Shown: positions 28,419-37,374, numbered from the stretch's first letter. The stretch is DNA of 51,689 nucleotides from Clostridiaceae bacterium (GCA_041670885.1 JBAXYJ010000001.1:1-51689), one strand, 5' to 3'. Numbers and translations: made by a program. The notes: a model not told the origin generated them from the sequence alone.

Positions 28419-28505
28419 GAGAAGTTCTATAATTCAAAAATTAAAATGGTATGAATTCCTTATTTTATGATGAAAAATCAGCCAAAAGGGAATTTAACAA
28501 TTCCC
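28419..28505 (-). repeat. degenerate TGCATAATT-TIR element, copy D
   Basis: Minus strand: GGGAATTGTTAAATTCCCTTTTGGCTGATTTTTCATC...TTAATTTTTGAATTATAGAACTTCTC. 28 of the first 34 nt match copy C, and it shares the 14-mer TTAATTTTTGAATT with C. Flanked by TATAT on both sides. Confidence 0.65.
28481..28505 (-). terminator. terminator-like hairpin formed by the mutated TIR of copy D
   Basis: Minus strand GGGAATT-GTTA-AATTCCC followed by TTTTGGCTGATTTTT. It starts at the stop codon of the upstream membrane-protein gene. Confidence 0.45.
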
Positions 28506-29266
28506 TATATAACCGCAAATATTTCTATTACTATAAATATAATAAAGCTGATAAGACAAACAAAATATGTGTGATTTAAAAATTCTTTTATACAAATAGA
28601 GTCAATGCTGCACTTTCCGCTGCCATAATTTTTTATATCATAGTCGCTTTTAAAATAGTAAAAATTTATTGATTCCAGATTAGCAGCAATAATATTAAGA
28701 TTAAGCAAAGGGTTTAAAATTGAATTAATAAAAAAATCTCCTTTAAAATCTATTTTAAATGTTTTATATCTTATTATATAAATTAAATAAAATAATAAGC
28801 CTGCTAGAAATGCAGGTATAATATTTAATATTCTAATTAAAATATTAGTCAGTTTTTTATCTAGTATGTCATTTGTTAAAAATAGAATATAATAAAAAAC
28901 AGCAAACAAATTTCCAAATAGTGCAGCATATAAAACAGGTCCAATAAATCCTCCTACCAGGGCTTTAGTAATAGTTGAAATAGAATTATAAAAATTCTTA
29001 TTTCCTTTATTTTTTAAATTTACAAATTCCGTATTGCTTATATCTATGCAGATAATAAAAGTAACAAAATTCTTAATTTCTTCATCAGAAATTATCATAA
29101 AAGCATATTTTAAAGCAATAAAAAAAACAGCAAGTATTACAATAAACAGTATATCTGCTTTTATGATTTTTTTTGATTTATGGTATACCTTTTCTAATAT
29201 CTTGTATTTATCAATTTTTTTAAATAAAATACTTAACAAGCAGCCTAAAACATATCCTATTCCCAT
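28505..29266 (-). CDS. polytopic membrane protein, possibly a divergent CobD/CbiB-family member
   Basis: 253 aa, hydrophobic. LVGGFIGPVLYAALFG and SILNPLLNLNIIAANLE loosely resemble CbiB motifs. The assignment is weak. Confidence 0.4.
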   Translation of the reverse strand: MGIGYVLGCLLSILFKKIDKYKILEKVYHKSKKIIKADILFIVILAVFFIALKYAFMIISDEEIKNFVTFIICIDISNTEFVNLKNKGNKNFYNSISTITKALVGGFIGPVLYAALFGNLFAVFYYILFLTNDILDKKLTNILIRILNIIPAFLAGLLFYLIYIIRYKTFKIDFKGDFFINSILNPLLNLNIIAANLESINFYYFKSDYDIKNYGSGKCSIDSICIKEFLNHTYFVCLISFIIFIVIEIFAVI

Positions 29267-29277
29267 AAAGCCTCCAT

Positions 29278-29442
29278 CTATGAAAATATGTCTTCTATAG
29301 GAACAAGCCTTATTCGAACCGGATTGAATTCAGCTTCATTTATTCCATAAATTCTGTCATTATTAAAAGGACAGCTATTTAAGAATGGATCAAAAAATAT
29401 ACAGTTACTGAAAAAATCTTCTCTAAAATTATTAAACAGCAT
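29278..29442 (-). CDS. unannotated small ORF (54 aa), hypothetical
   Basis: Below the ORF-track cutoff. GGGGGA RBS before ATG 29442. MLFNNFREDFFSNCIFFDPFLNSCPFNNDRIYGINEAEFNPVRIRLVPIEDIFS. The stop lies 11 nt before the next gene's ATG. Confidence 0.3.
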   Translation of the reverse strand: MLFNNFREDFFSNCIFFDPFLNSCPFNNDRIYGINEAEFNPVRIRLVPIEDIFS

Positions 29443-29525
29443 AAAAATCCCCCATATAATATATTTTGTATATTATATGAGGGATAATTTCTTATTATGT
29501 TGATTATAAAACAGACGGAAAATAA

Positions 29526-30320
29526 TTATTGATGATTTTTGCTTAAATAATTATCAATTAATAAGTCATAATACTTAGCAAGATTAATAATCAATTTATT
29601 TTCTGATGATTTAAAAATTATATTATCAACTGCTTTTATTGGAAGAATTTTTGGTGATGTGCCGCTGATAAATAAGCCCTCAAAGGAATTTAGCTCTTTG
29701 TATGATATATCTTTTTCAGTAATTTTTATGCCATATGTACTGCAAATTTCAAATATTTTTTTTCTTGTTATACCTGGCAGAACCTGCTTACTCAGAGATG
29801 TAAATAAAATATTATCTTTTACAAGGAATATATTTGACTTACTCCCTTCTGTTATATTACCTTCATTATTTATAAGTATGGCCTCGAAAGCATTATTTTC
29901 TTCGATTTTCTTATTAACATTTTCCCGGAAGGTTATATCCATCACTTTTGCATTTGGATTATTTCTCTCTCCAAAATATAAAATTGTTTTTACTCCTTCT
30001 GAATATTGTTCTTTTGATGGATATTTATGTGGAATAAAAAAAACATATATATCATTATTATCATATACTATTTTTACATTTCCATTAGTTATTCTGCTTT
30101 TTTTTATTAATTTATCTAATAATAATTTTATATTTTCCTCTTTTATTTCTTCTTTATTAAGCAGAGCCAAAGAGTTATTCAGCCTTAATATATGGTCCTT
30201 AAGGAATAATGGAATACAGTCTATTACCCTTATAACTTCATATATCAGCTTTTTATTCTGAAGCTGATGGACAAATTCCTCAGTTACATTTATATAATCA
30301 TTATTTTTAACAATAATCAT
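29526..30320 (-). CDS. class IV (fold-type IV) PLP aminotransferase / aminodeoxychorismate lyase-like
   Basis: 264 aa. EGSKSNIFLVKDN and VLPGITRKKI motifs of the BCAT/DAAT/PabC family. Confidence 0.75.
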   Translation of the reverse strand: MIIVKNNDYINVTEEFVHQLQNKKLIYEVIRVIDCIPLFLKDHILRLNNSLALLNKEEIKEENIKLLLDKLIKKSRITNGNVKIVYDNNDIYVFFIPHKYPSKEQYSEGVKTILYFGERNNPNAKVMDITFRENVNKKIEENNAFEAILINNEGNITEGSKSNIFLVKDNILFTSLSKQVLPGITRKKIFEICSTYGIKITEKDISYKELNSFEGLFISGTSPKILPIKAVDNIIFKSSENKLIINLAKYYDLLIDNYLSKNHQ

Positions 30321-30332
30321 AATTATTTCCCT

Positions 30333-30974
30333 CTATTTCCATTTTAAAATTTGAATTTTAGTCTTTTTACCTTTGCTGTTTATCAAATATGGGTTACCAA
30401 CCATATTAAACAGCGGCAAGTCGGATAAAGAATCTGAATACATATAGGAATTTTTAAAATCTACCTGAATGTTTTCTTCCTTTAAAACCTGGTTTAATCT
30501 GATTACCTTTTCTTCACCCTTACAGTTCCTGCCAATAAACTTTCTTTTATACACTCCATCCTTCAGGACAACCTTTGTACCCAGAATTTTATCTATTTCC
30601 TTTAAATTATAAAATTCTTTTAAATAAAACTCGGGAGATGCTGATATTAAATATATAAGGCAGCCCTCCTTTTTCCTTTCCCGTATTGTATGATAAGCTT
30701 CTTCATATATAATAAGGCTTAATTTTTCTTTATAAAATTTTCTAACAAGTTCATCCATATCCTTTTCTTTAATCCCATTAATAAAAGAAATAAATATTAA
30801 TTTAGCTTTTTCTGCATTTATTATTTTTAGTCCGTATAAAATTCCAGCAAACAATATCTTTGGCAAATATATTAAATATTTTACATTACTTTTCACCATG
30901 AATTTATAAAATTCTAATAATGTTTCCTTTTTTGTTATAGTAAAGTCTACATCAAATATTGCTAATTTCTCCAC
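30333..30974 (-). CDS. HAD-IB family hydrolase
   Basis: 213 aa. FDVDFTIT (DxDxT) motif I, SASP motif II and a C-terminal SDSLSD acidic motif. Confidence 0.75.
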   Translation of the reverse strand: MEKLAIFDVDFTITKKETLLEFYKFMVKSNVKYLIYLPKILFAGILYGLKIINAEKAKLIFISFINGIKEKDMDELVRKFYKEKLSLIIYEEAYHTIRERKKEGCLIYLISASPEFYLKEFYNLKEIDKILGTKVVLKDGVYKRKFIGRNCKGEEKVIRLNQVLKEENIQVDFKNSYMYSDSLSDLPLFNMVGNPYLINSKGKKTKIQILKWK

Positions 30975-31036
30975 TATATCCTCTCCTTATAATAAACCTA
31001 CACAAAATATAAAGAGCTGCAGAGCAGCTCCTTAAT

Positions 31037-31363
31037 TTATTCTTGTGCTAATGATTCCAAATAGGATGAAACCTCTTCAAACTCTTCTTCTGTAGGTATC
31101 TCAAGTTCTTCAGGATCCTTACTATTTGCCTTTAAGATATATACACTGTTGTCTTCTGGATTCTGAACTAAAACATATTCATTTCCATTGTATTCTAATT
31201 CATCAACTATTTCGTAAGATACAATATTTCCTTCTTCATCTTCAAAATCCACATATCTCTGCTCCTCATCTTCGCAGCCACAGTCACAACCACAATCACA
31301 AGCTTCATCGTGGCAATTGCAGCTCTCTTCTTCTGAGCAATCATGTAATTTTTCTTTATCCAT
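31037..31363 (-). CDS. DUF1292-family protein with Cys/Asp-rich N-terminus
   Basis: 108 aa. Core YVDFEDEEGNIVSYEIVDELEYNGNEYVLVQ, preceded by CSEEESCNCHDEACDCGCDCGCEDEE. Confidence 0.7.
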   Translation of the reverse strand: MDKEKLHDCSEEESCNCHDEACDCGCDCGCEDEEQRYVDFEDEEGNIVSYEIVDELEYNGNEYVLVQNPEDNSVYILKANSKDPEELEIPTEEEFEEVSSYLESLAQE

Positions 31364-31431
31364 ATATTTACCTCCTTTAATGGGTTATAGTACTATTTTA
31401 CCCTTATTTACTAATTTTTTAAACACTTTTT

Positions 31432-31463
31432 TTAAAAAAATATTAGGGTGAATGTCACCCTAA
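31432..31463 (-). terminator. intrinsic terminator after the 36-aa sORF
   Basis: Minus strand TTAGGGTGA-CAT-TCACCCTAA followed by TATTTTTTT. Confidence 0.7.
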
Positions 31464-31465
31464 TG

Positions 31466-31576
31466 TTAAACCTTATCCTTAACTTCTTTTACAAGCTTCT
31501 TTACGCCCTTTTCTATTCCATCTGTAACACTGTTTACTTTTTTCTTTATATTACTTTTACCCATTTTCTTTACCAT
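31466..31576 (-). CDS. unannotated small basic ORF (36 aa), hypothetical
   Basis: AAGGAG RBS. MVKKMGKSNIKKKVNSVTDGIEKGVKKLVKEVKDKV. Its own terminator follows directly. Confidence 0.35.
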   Translation of the reverse strand: MVKKMGKSNIKKKVNSVTDGIEKGVKKLVKEVKDKV

Positions 31577-31619
31577 AGCAACATCTCCTTTAATTATAGT
31601 TTTTCACATCCAGTTGTTT

Positions 31620-31668
31620 TTATGCAGGTTTTTTTAGAAATTGCATAATTTATAAATTAATTTTTCAT
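31620..31668. repeat. remnant of the TGCATAATT-TIR element family
   Basis: TTATGCAG (31620-31627), then AGAAATTGCATAATTTATAAATTAATTTTTCAT (31636-31668). The latter aligns with the plus-strand end of copy A1 (AAATTGCATAATTTTAAATTTATTTTTCAT). Confidence 0.5.
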
Positions 31669-31670
31669 AT

Positions 31671-31697
31671 AAAAAAAGGAGGTTACCCTCCTTTTTA
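31671..31697 (-). terminator. intrinsic terminator of the PFOR gene
   Basis: Minus strand AAAAAGGAGG-GTAA-CCTCCTTTTTTT immediately after the stop codon. Confidence 0.8.
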
Positions 31698-31698
31698 A

Positions 31699-34600
31699 TT
31701 AATTACCTGCAAGTTTCTTGTAGTTATCAAGTCTTTCATTAGCATCTTTTTCTACCTTCTCATAAAGCCGCTCTGCAACTTCCGGGAAGAATTTTGAAAG
31801 TGATGCAAATCTGACTTCACCCATTAAGAAATCTCTAAAGTTAGTTTTTGGCTCTTTTGAATCCAAGCTAAATGGATTCTTACCAGCTTCTTTTAATATT
31901 GGATTATATCTGTAAAGAGCCCAGTATCCGCAATCAACGGCCTTTTTCTCTTCTAACTGGCTGCAGCCCATTCCAGCTTTTAATCCATGATTTATACATG
32001 GTGCATAAGCAATAATCAGTGATGGTCCTTTGTATGCTTCTGCTTCTGCAATAGCCTTTATTGTCTGATTCTTATCAGCACCCATTGCTATCTGAGCTAC
32101 ATATACATAACCATAGCTCATAGCCATCATGCCCAGATCTTTCTTCTTTGTTCTCTTTCCTGCAGCTGCGAACTTAGCAACAGCAGCAGTAGGTGTAGCT
32201 TTAGATGACTGTCCGCCAGTATTTGAGTAAACTTCAGTATCTACTACAAATACATTAACGTCTTCACCGGAAGCCAATACATGGTCTAATCCACCGTATC
32301 CAATATCATAAGCCCAGCCGTCTCCGCCGATTATCCATTGAGATTTCATTATTAAGAAATCCTTCTTTTCATATACTGCTTCTAAAGCTTCATTTTTAAC
32401 CTTTTCTTTTTCAAGTATTGGAAGAAGTTTAGCCGCAGCTGCTTTTGATTCTTCTCCTAAATCCTTATTAGCCAGCCAATTTTCAAATGCTGCTTTCAGA
32501 TCAGCGCTTATTCCTGTATCTTTTGCTTTGTTTACAAGGTCAATTAATTTTGATCTGTTCTGCTGTACTCCTAAGTACATACCTAAACCGAACTCTGCAT
32601 TATCTTCAAATAATGAGTTAGCCCAAGAAGGTCCTTTTCCACATTGATTCTTTGTATATGGTGTTGATGGTGCTGATGCTCCCCATATTGAAGAACAGCC
32701 TGTAGCATTTGCTATCATCATTCTATCACCAAATAACTGGGTTAGAAGCTTAGCATATGGAGTTTCTCCGCATCCTGCACAAGCTCCGCTGAACTCAAAC
32801 AGAGGCTTTTCAAATTGACTTCCCTTAACTAAGGTTTTGTTCATTGGGTTAGCTTTTTCCGGCAATTCAACAGAATAATCAAAACTCTCCTGTCCTTTTA
32901 ATTGTGATTCAAATGACTTCATTATTAAAGCTTTGTTAGGTGCTGGACAAACTTCTGCACAGTTGCCGCATCCTGTACAATCATAAGTAGAAACTACCAT
33001 TGTGAAATTCATTTCTTCTTCTGTCTTTAAGCCCTTAGCTTTTACTGCCTTAAATCCAGCCGGAGCATTTTCCAGTTCCTTAGCTGTAAGTAAGAAGGGT
33101 CTGATAACAGCATGTGGGCATACATATGAACATTGATTACACTGTATACAATTATCCATCTGCCATTCCGGAACATTAACTGCTATTCCTCTCTTCTCAT
33201 ACTTGGAAGTACCGGCTGGGAATGTTCCGTCTTCCATTCCAATAAACTTACTTACAGGAAGCTTATCTCCTTCTTGTCTGTTCATTGGAATCAGTATTTC
33301 TTTTATAAATTTAGGAACTTCTTTTTCTGCTGCTTTTTCGTCTTTTGCATCAGCCCAGGCAGTTGGAAATTCTATTTTAACTATTGAATCAATTCCTTTA
33401 TCTATGGCAGCGTTATTCATATCAATAACCTTTTGACCTTTTTTGCCATAGTTTGTTACAACTGAATCTTTAAGATACTTAACTGCATCTTCTACCGGAA
33501 TAATATTAGCCAGCTTAAAGAAAGCAGACTGCATTATCATATTGATTCTTCCGCCAAGACCTATTTCCTGAGCTATTTTAACGGCATTTATTGTATAGAA
33601 CTCAATATTATGCTTTGCTAAATTTCTCTTAACATTTGCTGGCAGGTGTTTCTCAACATCTTCTTTATCCCATACACAGTTAAGAAGGAATTTCCCTCCA
33701 TCTTTCAAGCCTGCAGTAACATCATAATTATAAACATATGACTGATTATGACATGCTATGTAATCAGCATTGCTTATAAGATATGGAGATTTAATTGGCT
33801 TCTTTCCAAATCTTAAGTGAGATATAGTAACTCCGCCGGATTTCTTTGAATCATAGGAGAAATATCCCTGAGCATACATGTCTGTATGGTCTCCTATTAT
33901 CTTTATAGCACTCTTGTTAGCCCCAACAGTACCATCTGATCCAAGACCCCAGAACTTACATTCTTTAGTTCCTTCAACAGTTGTATTAATTATCTTTTCA
34001 ACTGGAAGTGAGCTATGGTTTACATCGTCAGTTATTGCTATTGTAAATCCGTTTTTAGGCTCTTCTTTCTTTAAGTTTTCATAAACTGTTAAAATATGAG
34101 AAGGTAATGTATCCTTTGATCCTAATCCGTATCTTCCGCCAACAATAACCGGTCTTATCTGACTCTCATAGAATGCATTTCTTACATCTAAATACAATGG
34201 TTCTCCTGCTGATCCTGGTTCCTTTGTTCTATCTAAAACTGCTACCTTCTTAACAGACTTTGGAACATAGCTTAAGAAGTGCTTTATTGAGAAAGGTCTA
34301 TAAAGTCTTACCTTTAATAATCCAACTTTTTCACCATGTGCATTTAAATAATCTATAGTTTCTTCTATTGTATCGCAAATTGAACCCATAGCTATTATTA
34401 TTCTGTCAGCGTCCTCTGCTCCATAATAGTTGAATATATGATAATCTCTTCCTGTAATCTTGTTTATTCCATCCATATATCCTTCAACTATTTCAGGTAC
34501 AGCATTGTAATAAGGATTTACTACTTCTCTCTCCTGGAAGTAGATATCTGGGTTTTGAGCAGTTCCTCTTGTTACCGGGTGCTCTGGATTTAATGCTCTA

Positions 34601-35214
34601 TCTCTGAATGCTTTAACTGCCTCTTTATCAAGAAGTTTTTCAAGATCAGAATATTCAACAACTTCAACCTTTTGAATCTCATGAGAGGTTCTAAATCCAT
34701 CAAAAAAGCTTAAGAATGGAATTCTTGATTTAATAGCTGCTAAATGTGCAACTCCGGCTAAATCCATTACTTCCTGAACGTTGTTTTCTGCAAGAAGTGC
34801 AAATCCTGTTGCCCTTGTTGACATAACGTCCTGATGATCTCCAAAAATATTTAATGAATTTGCAGCCAGTGCTCTTGCACTTACATGAAATACTCCTGGT
34901 AATAATTCACCTGCTATCTTGTACATATTAGGAACCATAAGTAATAATCCCTGGGAAGCTGTATATGTGGTTGTTAATGCTCCACCTTGAAGTGAGCCAT
35001 GAACAGCGCCTGCTGCACCACCCTCTGACTGCATTTCCATAACCTTTACAGTTTGGCCAAATAAATTTTTCTGCCCCTTTGCTGCCCACTCATCTACATG
35101 CTCAGCCATTGGAGATGATGGAGTTATTGGAAATATTGCTGCAACATCTGTAAATGCATAAGATATATAGGCAGCAGCAGTATTACCATCCATTGTTTTG
35201 AACTTTTTGCCCAC
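31699..35214 (-). CDS. nifJ: pyruvate:ferredoxin (flavodoxin) oxidoreductase
   Basis: KTMDGNTAAAYISYAFTDVAA N-terminus. Ferredoxin motifs CIQCNQCSYVCP and CTGCGNCAEVCP. TPP motif GGDGWAYDIGYGG. I use GTG 35214 (1171 aa) as the start, because the 24 extra codons in the track have no counterpart in typical PFOR N-termini. Confidence 0.95.
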   Translation of the reverse strand: MGKKFKTMDGNTAAAYISYAFTDVAAIFPITPSSPMAEHVDEWAAKGQKNLFGQTVKVMEMQSEGGAAGAVHGSLQGGALTTTYTASQGLLLMVPNMYKIAGELLPGVFHVSARALAANSLNIFGDHQDVMSTRATGFALLAENNVQEVMDLAGVAHLAAIKSRIPFLSFFDGFRTSHEIQKVEVVEYSDLEKLLDKEAVKAFRDRALNPEHPVTRGTAQNPDIYFQEREVVNPYYNAVPEIVEGYMDGINKITGRDYHIFNYYGAEDADRIIIAMGSICDTIEETIDYLNAHGEKVGLLKVRLYRPFSIKHFLSYVPKSVKKVAVLDRTKEPGSAGEPLYLDVRNAFYESQIRPVIVGGRYGLGSKDTLPSHILTVYENLKKEEPKNGFTIAITDDVNHSSLPVEKIINTTVEGTKECKFWGLGSDGTVGANKSAIKIIGDHTDMYAQGYFSYDSKKSGGVTISHLRFGKKPIKSPYLISNADYIACHNQSYVYNYDVTAGLKDGGKFLLNCVWDKEDVEKHLPANVKRNLAKHNIEFYTINAVKIAQEIGLGGRINMIMQSAFFKLANIIPVEDAVKYLKDSVVTNYGKKGQKVIDMNNAAIDKGIDSIVKIEFPTAWADAKDEKAAEKEVPKFIKEILIPMNRQEGDKLPVSKFIGMEDGTFPAGTSKYEKRGIAVNVPEWQMDNCIQCNQCSYVCPHAVIRPFLLTAKELENAPAGFKAVKAKGLKTEEEMNFTMVVSTYDCTGCGNCAEVCPAPNKALIMKSFESQLKGQESFDYSVELPEKANPMNKTLVKGSQFEKPLFEFSGACAGCGETPYAKLLTQLFGDRMMIANATGCSSIWGASAPSTPYTKNQCGKGPSWANSLFEDNAEFGLGMYLGVQQNRSKLIDLVNKAKDTGISADLKAAFENWLANKDLGEESKAAAAKLLPILEKEKVKNEALEAVYEKKDFLIMKSQWIIGGDGWAYDIGYGGLDHVLASGEDVNVFVVDTEVYSNTGGQSSKATPTAAVAKFAAAGKRTKKKDLGMMAMSYGYVYVAQIAMGADKNQTIKAIAEAEAYKGPSLIIAYAPCINHGLKAGMGCSQLEEKKAVDCGYWALYRYNPILKEAGKNPFSLDSKEPKTNFRDFLMGEVRFASLSKFFPEVAERLYEKVEKDANERLDNYKKLAGN

Positions 35215-35405
35215 TGATAATCCCTTCTTTCTAAATATTTTATCTATAATTAAGTTGTTAGATAATATTAACCCGTTTATTAACATTTTCTTAACCAGCT
35301 TACACTAATAATATACAATAAAATCTATTATAAGTAAATTTTTTTTAAAAATTTAATCGTTGAAATATTTATACAATTTAGAAAATTACATGATTAGTGA
35401 ACTTC

Positions 35406-36467
35406 TTAGCTATACTGTTTTATTAATTTAATTACATTTTCAACACCATTTGAAATAGGGCTCTTTTTCATATTATTAATATAGTAATATTCTTTTAAAG
35501 CAAGCTCAGTTAAACTTTTCTTTAATTTTTCATAATTAAGACTTTCTTCTTCTATAACCATACTGAAACCCTGCTTTTTAAAGGATTCAGCATTTAAAAT
35601 CTGATCTCCCCTGCTAACCTTTTTAGATAATGGAATCAGAATATTTGGCTTACTAAGATATAAAAGCTCAAATATGGTATTGGCGCCTGCTCTTGATATG
35701 AAAAATTCAGCATAATTCATCAAATCAGGCAGCTCTTCATCTACATAATCAAATTGCTTATAGCCCTCTATATCTGTTAAATTATTATCAATATTTCCTC
35801 TGCCGCAGACATGTATTATATTGTAGCTTTTCAGCAAATCCTTAATATTATTTTGTATTATTGTATTAATTGCTCTAGATCCCTGACTTCCTCCAATAAC
35901 CATCAAAACTTTCTTTTCCTCAGGAAACTTGCAAAGGTTTTTCCCTATAAGTTTACTTCCTTCTCTCAGCTCTCTTCTTATTGGAGTTCCGGTTATTATA
36001 CCCTTGCCTTTTTTTATGCTGCTAAGTGCTTCAGGAAATGTAAGGCATATCTTTTTACAAAAGGGCTCAGCTATCTTGTTAGCTAATCCCGGAGTTATAT
36101 CTGACTCATGGGCAATTACAGAAATACCATTTAATTTGCCTCCAATAACTACAGGAACCGATACAAATCCTCCTTTTGAAAAAATTACATCCGGTTTTTC
36201 ATTTTTTATAATTCGGGAAGCTTCTGAAATTCCTTTAAATACTTTAAAAGGATCTTTGAAATTTTTAATATCAAAATATCTTCTTAGCTTACCGGTCTCT
36301 ATCCCATAATATTTTATGTTCTTTTTCTCTATTAATTTTTTTTCTATACCATCTATAGATCCTATATAGACTATTTCATAACCTAGTTTTTTAAGTTCAG
36401 GAATAAGAGCCAGATTCGGAATAACATGGCCTGCTGTTCCTCCTCCAGTCATAATAATCTTCTTCAA
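35406..36467 (-). CDS. murG: undecaprenyldiphospho-muramoylpentapeptide beta-N-acetylglucosaminyltransferase
   Basis: [16 protein letters not shown]-terminus. TTG 36467 lies 6 nt after a GAGGTG RBS. The track's GTG start at 36476 lies inside that RBS. Confidence 0.9.
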   Translation of the reverse strand: MKKIIMTGGGTAGHVIPNLALIPELKKLGYEIVYIGSIDGIEKKLIEKKNIKYYGIETGKLRRYFDIKNFKDPFKVFKGISEASRIIKNEKPDVIFSKGGFVSVPVVIGGKLNGISVIAHESDITPGLANKIAEPFCKKICLTFPEALSSIKKGKGIITGTPIRRELREGSKLIGKNLCKFPEEKKVLMVIGGSQGSRAINTIIQNNIKDLLKSYNIIHVCGRGNIDNNLTDIEGYKQFDYVDEELPDLMNYAEFFISRAGANTIFELLYLSKPNILIPLSKKVSRGDQILNAESFKKQGFSMVIEEESLNYEKLKKSLTELALKEYYYINNMKKSPISNGVENVIKLIKQYS

Positions 36468-36703
36468 TACAATCACCTCAAATTTTTATTAACATTTTTA
36501 TAATATACTAAAGAATGATATTTTTAAATATATTTAAAGAAATTATATAAATATTTCATAAAAAAATTTAAAATGTTAATACTAAAACTAAATTTTTAAT
36601 TAAATAAGATATTTTAACCATAAATCCCAAACATCCACTATAATAACTATTTGAAAATTGGTTAAATTAATAATACCAAATAAAAAAAGGAGGGAAAAAA
36701 CAA

Positions 36704-36898
36704 ATGGCAAATAAGAAAGTTGTTCCAGAAGCTAGAAAAGGATTAAATCAGTTCAAGATGGAAACAGCAAGAGAACTTGGGGTTAGCTTAACAGATGGAT
36801 ACAACGGAAACTTAACTTCAAGAGAGAATGGTTCAGTTGGTGGAGAAATGGTTAGAAAAATGATCGAGTCATACGAAAAAGGAATACAAAGTAAATAA
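36704..36898 (+). CDS. alpha/beta-type small acid-soluble spore protein
   Basis: 64 aa. KMETARELG (protease-site region) and GSVGGEMVRKMIE SASP signatures. Confidence 0.9.
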   Translation: MANKKVVPEARKGLNQFKMETARELGVSLTDGYNGNLTSRENGSVGGEMVRKMIESYEKGIQSK

Positions 36899-37040
36899 TG
36901 AATAGGCAGAGAAATCTGCCTATTTAATTTCTATTCTGTAAATATTTTTATAATATAAAAATGCTCCTTCTGGTTAAACTATTAGTAAGGAAATTGTGAA
37001 ATACAGTTTTCGTATAAAATAATCAAAGGAGGCGTTATAT

Positions 37041-37223
37041 ATGACAAACAGAAAATTAGTTCCGGAAGCAAGAAAAGGTCTTAACAAGTTTAAGATGGAA
37101 GTAGCTCAAGAACTTAACGTTCCCTTTAGTGATTATAATGGTAATTTAACTTCAAGAGAATGCGGCTCAGTAGGCGGTGAAATGGTAAAAAAGATGATTG
37201 AGCAGTACGAAAAAAATCTATAA
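37041..37223 (+). CDS. alpha/beta-type small acid-soluble spore protein (paralog)
   Basis: 60 aa. KMEVAQELN and GSVGGEMVKKMIE. Confidence 0.9.
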   Translation: MTNRKLVPEARKGLNKFKMEVAQELNVPFSDYNGNLTSRECGSVGGEMVKKMIEQYEKNL

Positions 37224-37227
37224 AAAT

Positions 37228-37255
37228 ATCCGTCAGCTTTTGCTGGCGGATTTTT
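37228..37255 (+). terminator. intrinsic terminator of the second ssp gene
   Basis: ATCCGTCAGC-TTTT-GCTGGCGGAT followed by TTTT. The last T is also the complement of the tRNA 3'-terminal A. Confidence 0.8.
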
Positions 37256-37330
37256 GGTCTGGGTGACAAGAGTTGAACTTGCGACCTCATGAACCCCATT
37301 CATGCACGCTACCATCTGCGCTACACCCAG
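37255..37330 (-). tRNA. tRNA-Pro (anticodon GGG)
   Basis: Folded by hand, 76 nt. Acceptor CTGGGTG/CACCCAG (C1-G72), A73, encoded CCA. D stem GCGC/GCGT. Anticodon stem CATGA/TCATG with loop A-T-GGG-G-T (G37). T stem GCAAG/CTTGT with loop TTCAACT. Confidence 0.85.
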
Positions 37331-37341
37331 ATAACAAATAT

Positions 37342-37369
37342 ATTATATCATTTATTTTTATTTAATCAA
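37342..37369 (-). promoter_or_regulatory. sigma-A-type extended -10 promoter for tRNA-Pro
   Basis: Minus strand TTGATT (37364-37369), 16-nt spacer ending in TGa, TATAAT (37342-37347). The -10 box ends 11 nt before tRNA position 1. Confidence 0.6.
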
Positions 37370-37374
37370 TAGGC

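Noticed and set aside
29659-30261. 200-aa plus-strand ORF antisense to the class IV aminotransferase
   Set aside because: It is a shadow ORF of the same kind. The sense frame carries the family motifs.
31448-31648. 66-aa plus-strand ORF in the PFOR/DUF1292 intergenic region
   Set aside because: It is antisense to the better-supported 36-aa sORF, which has an RBS and a terminator. It starts inside the terminator hairpin and has no RBS.
35360-35376. Imperfect palindrome TTGAAATATTTATACAA upstream of the PFOR gene, considered as a Rex (redox repressor) box
   Set aside because: Only the outer TTG...CAA positions fit the TTGTTAA-N4-TTAACAA-type consensus as I remember it. There are too many mismatches to call.
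36477-37040. Attempt to place sigma-G promoters (GnATR -35, CATnnTA -10) upstream of the two ssp genes
   Set aside because: I found only partial matches, such as CACTATA near 36646, with wrong spacing to any -35-like element. These are not good enough to report coordinates.
37133-37315. 60-aa minus-strand ORF in the track
   Set aside because: It overlaps the tRNA-Pro gene and the ssp2 terminator and is antisense to ssp2. It has no RBS and is an ORF-finder artefact.
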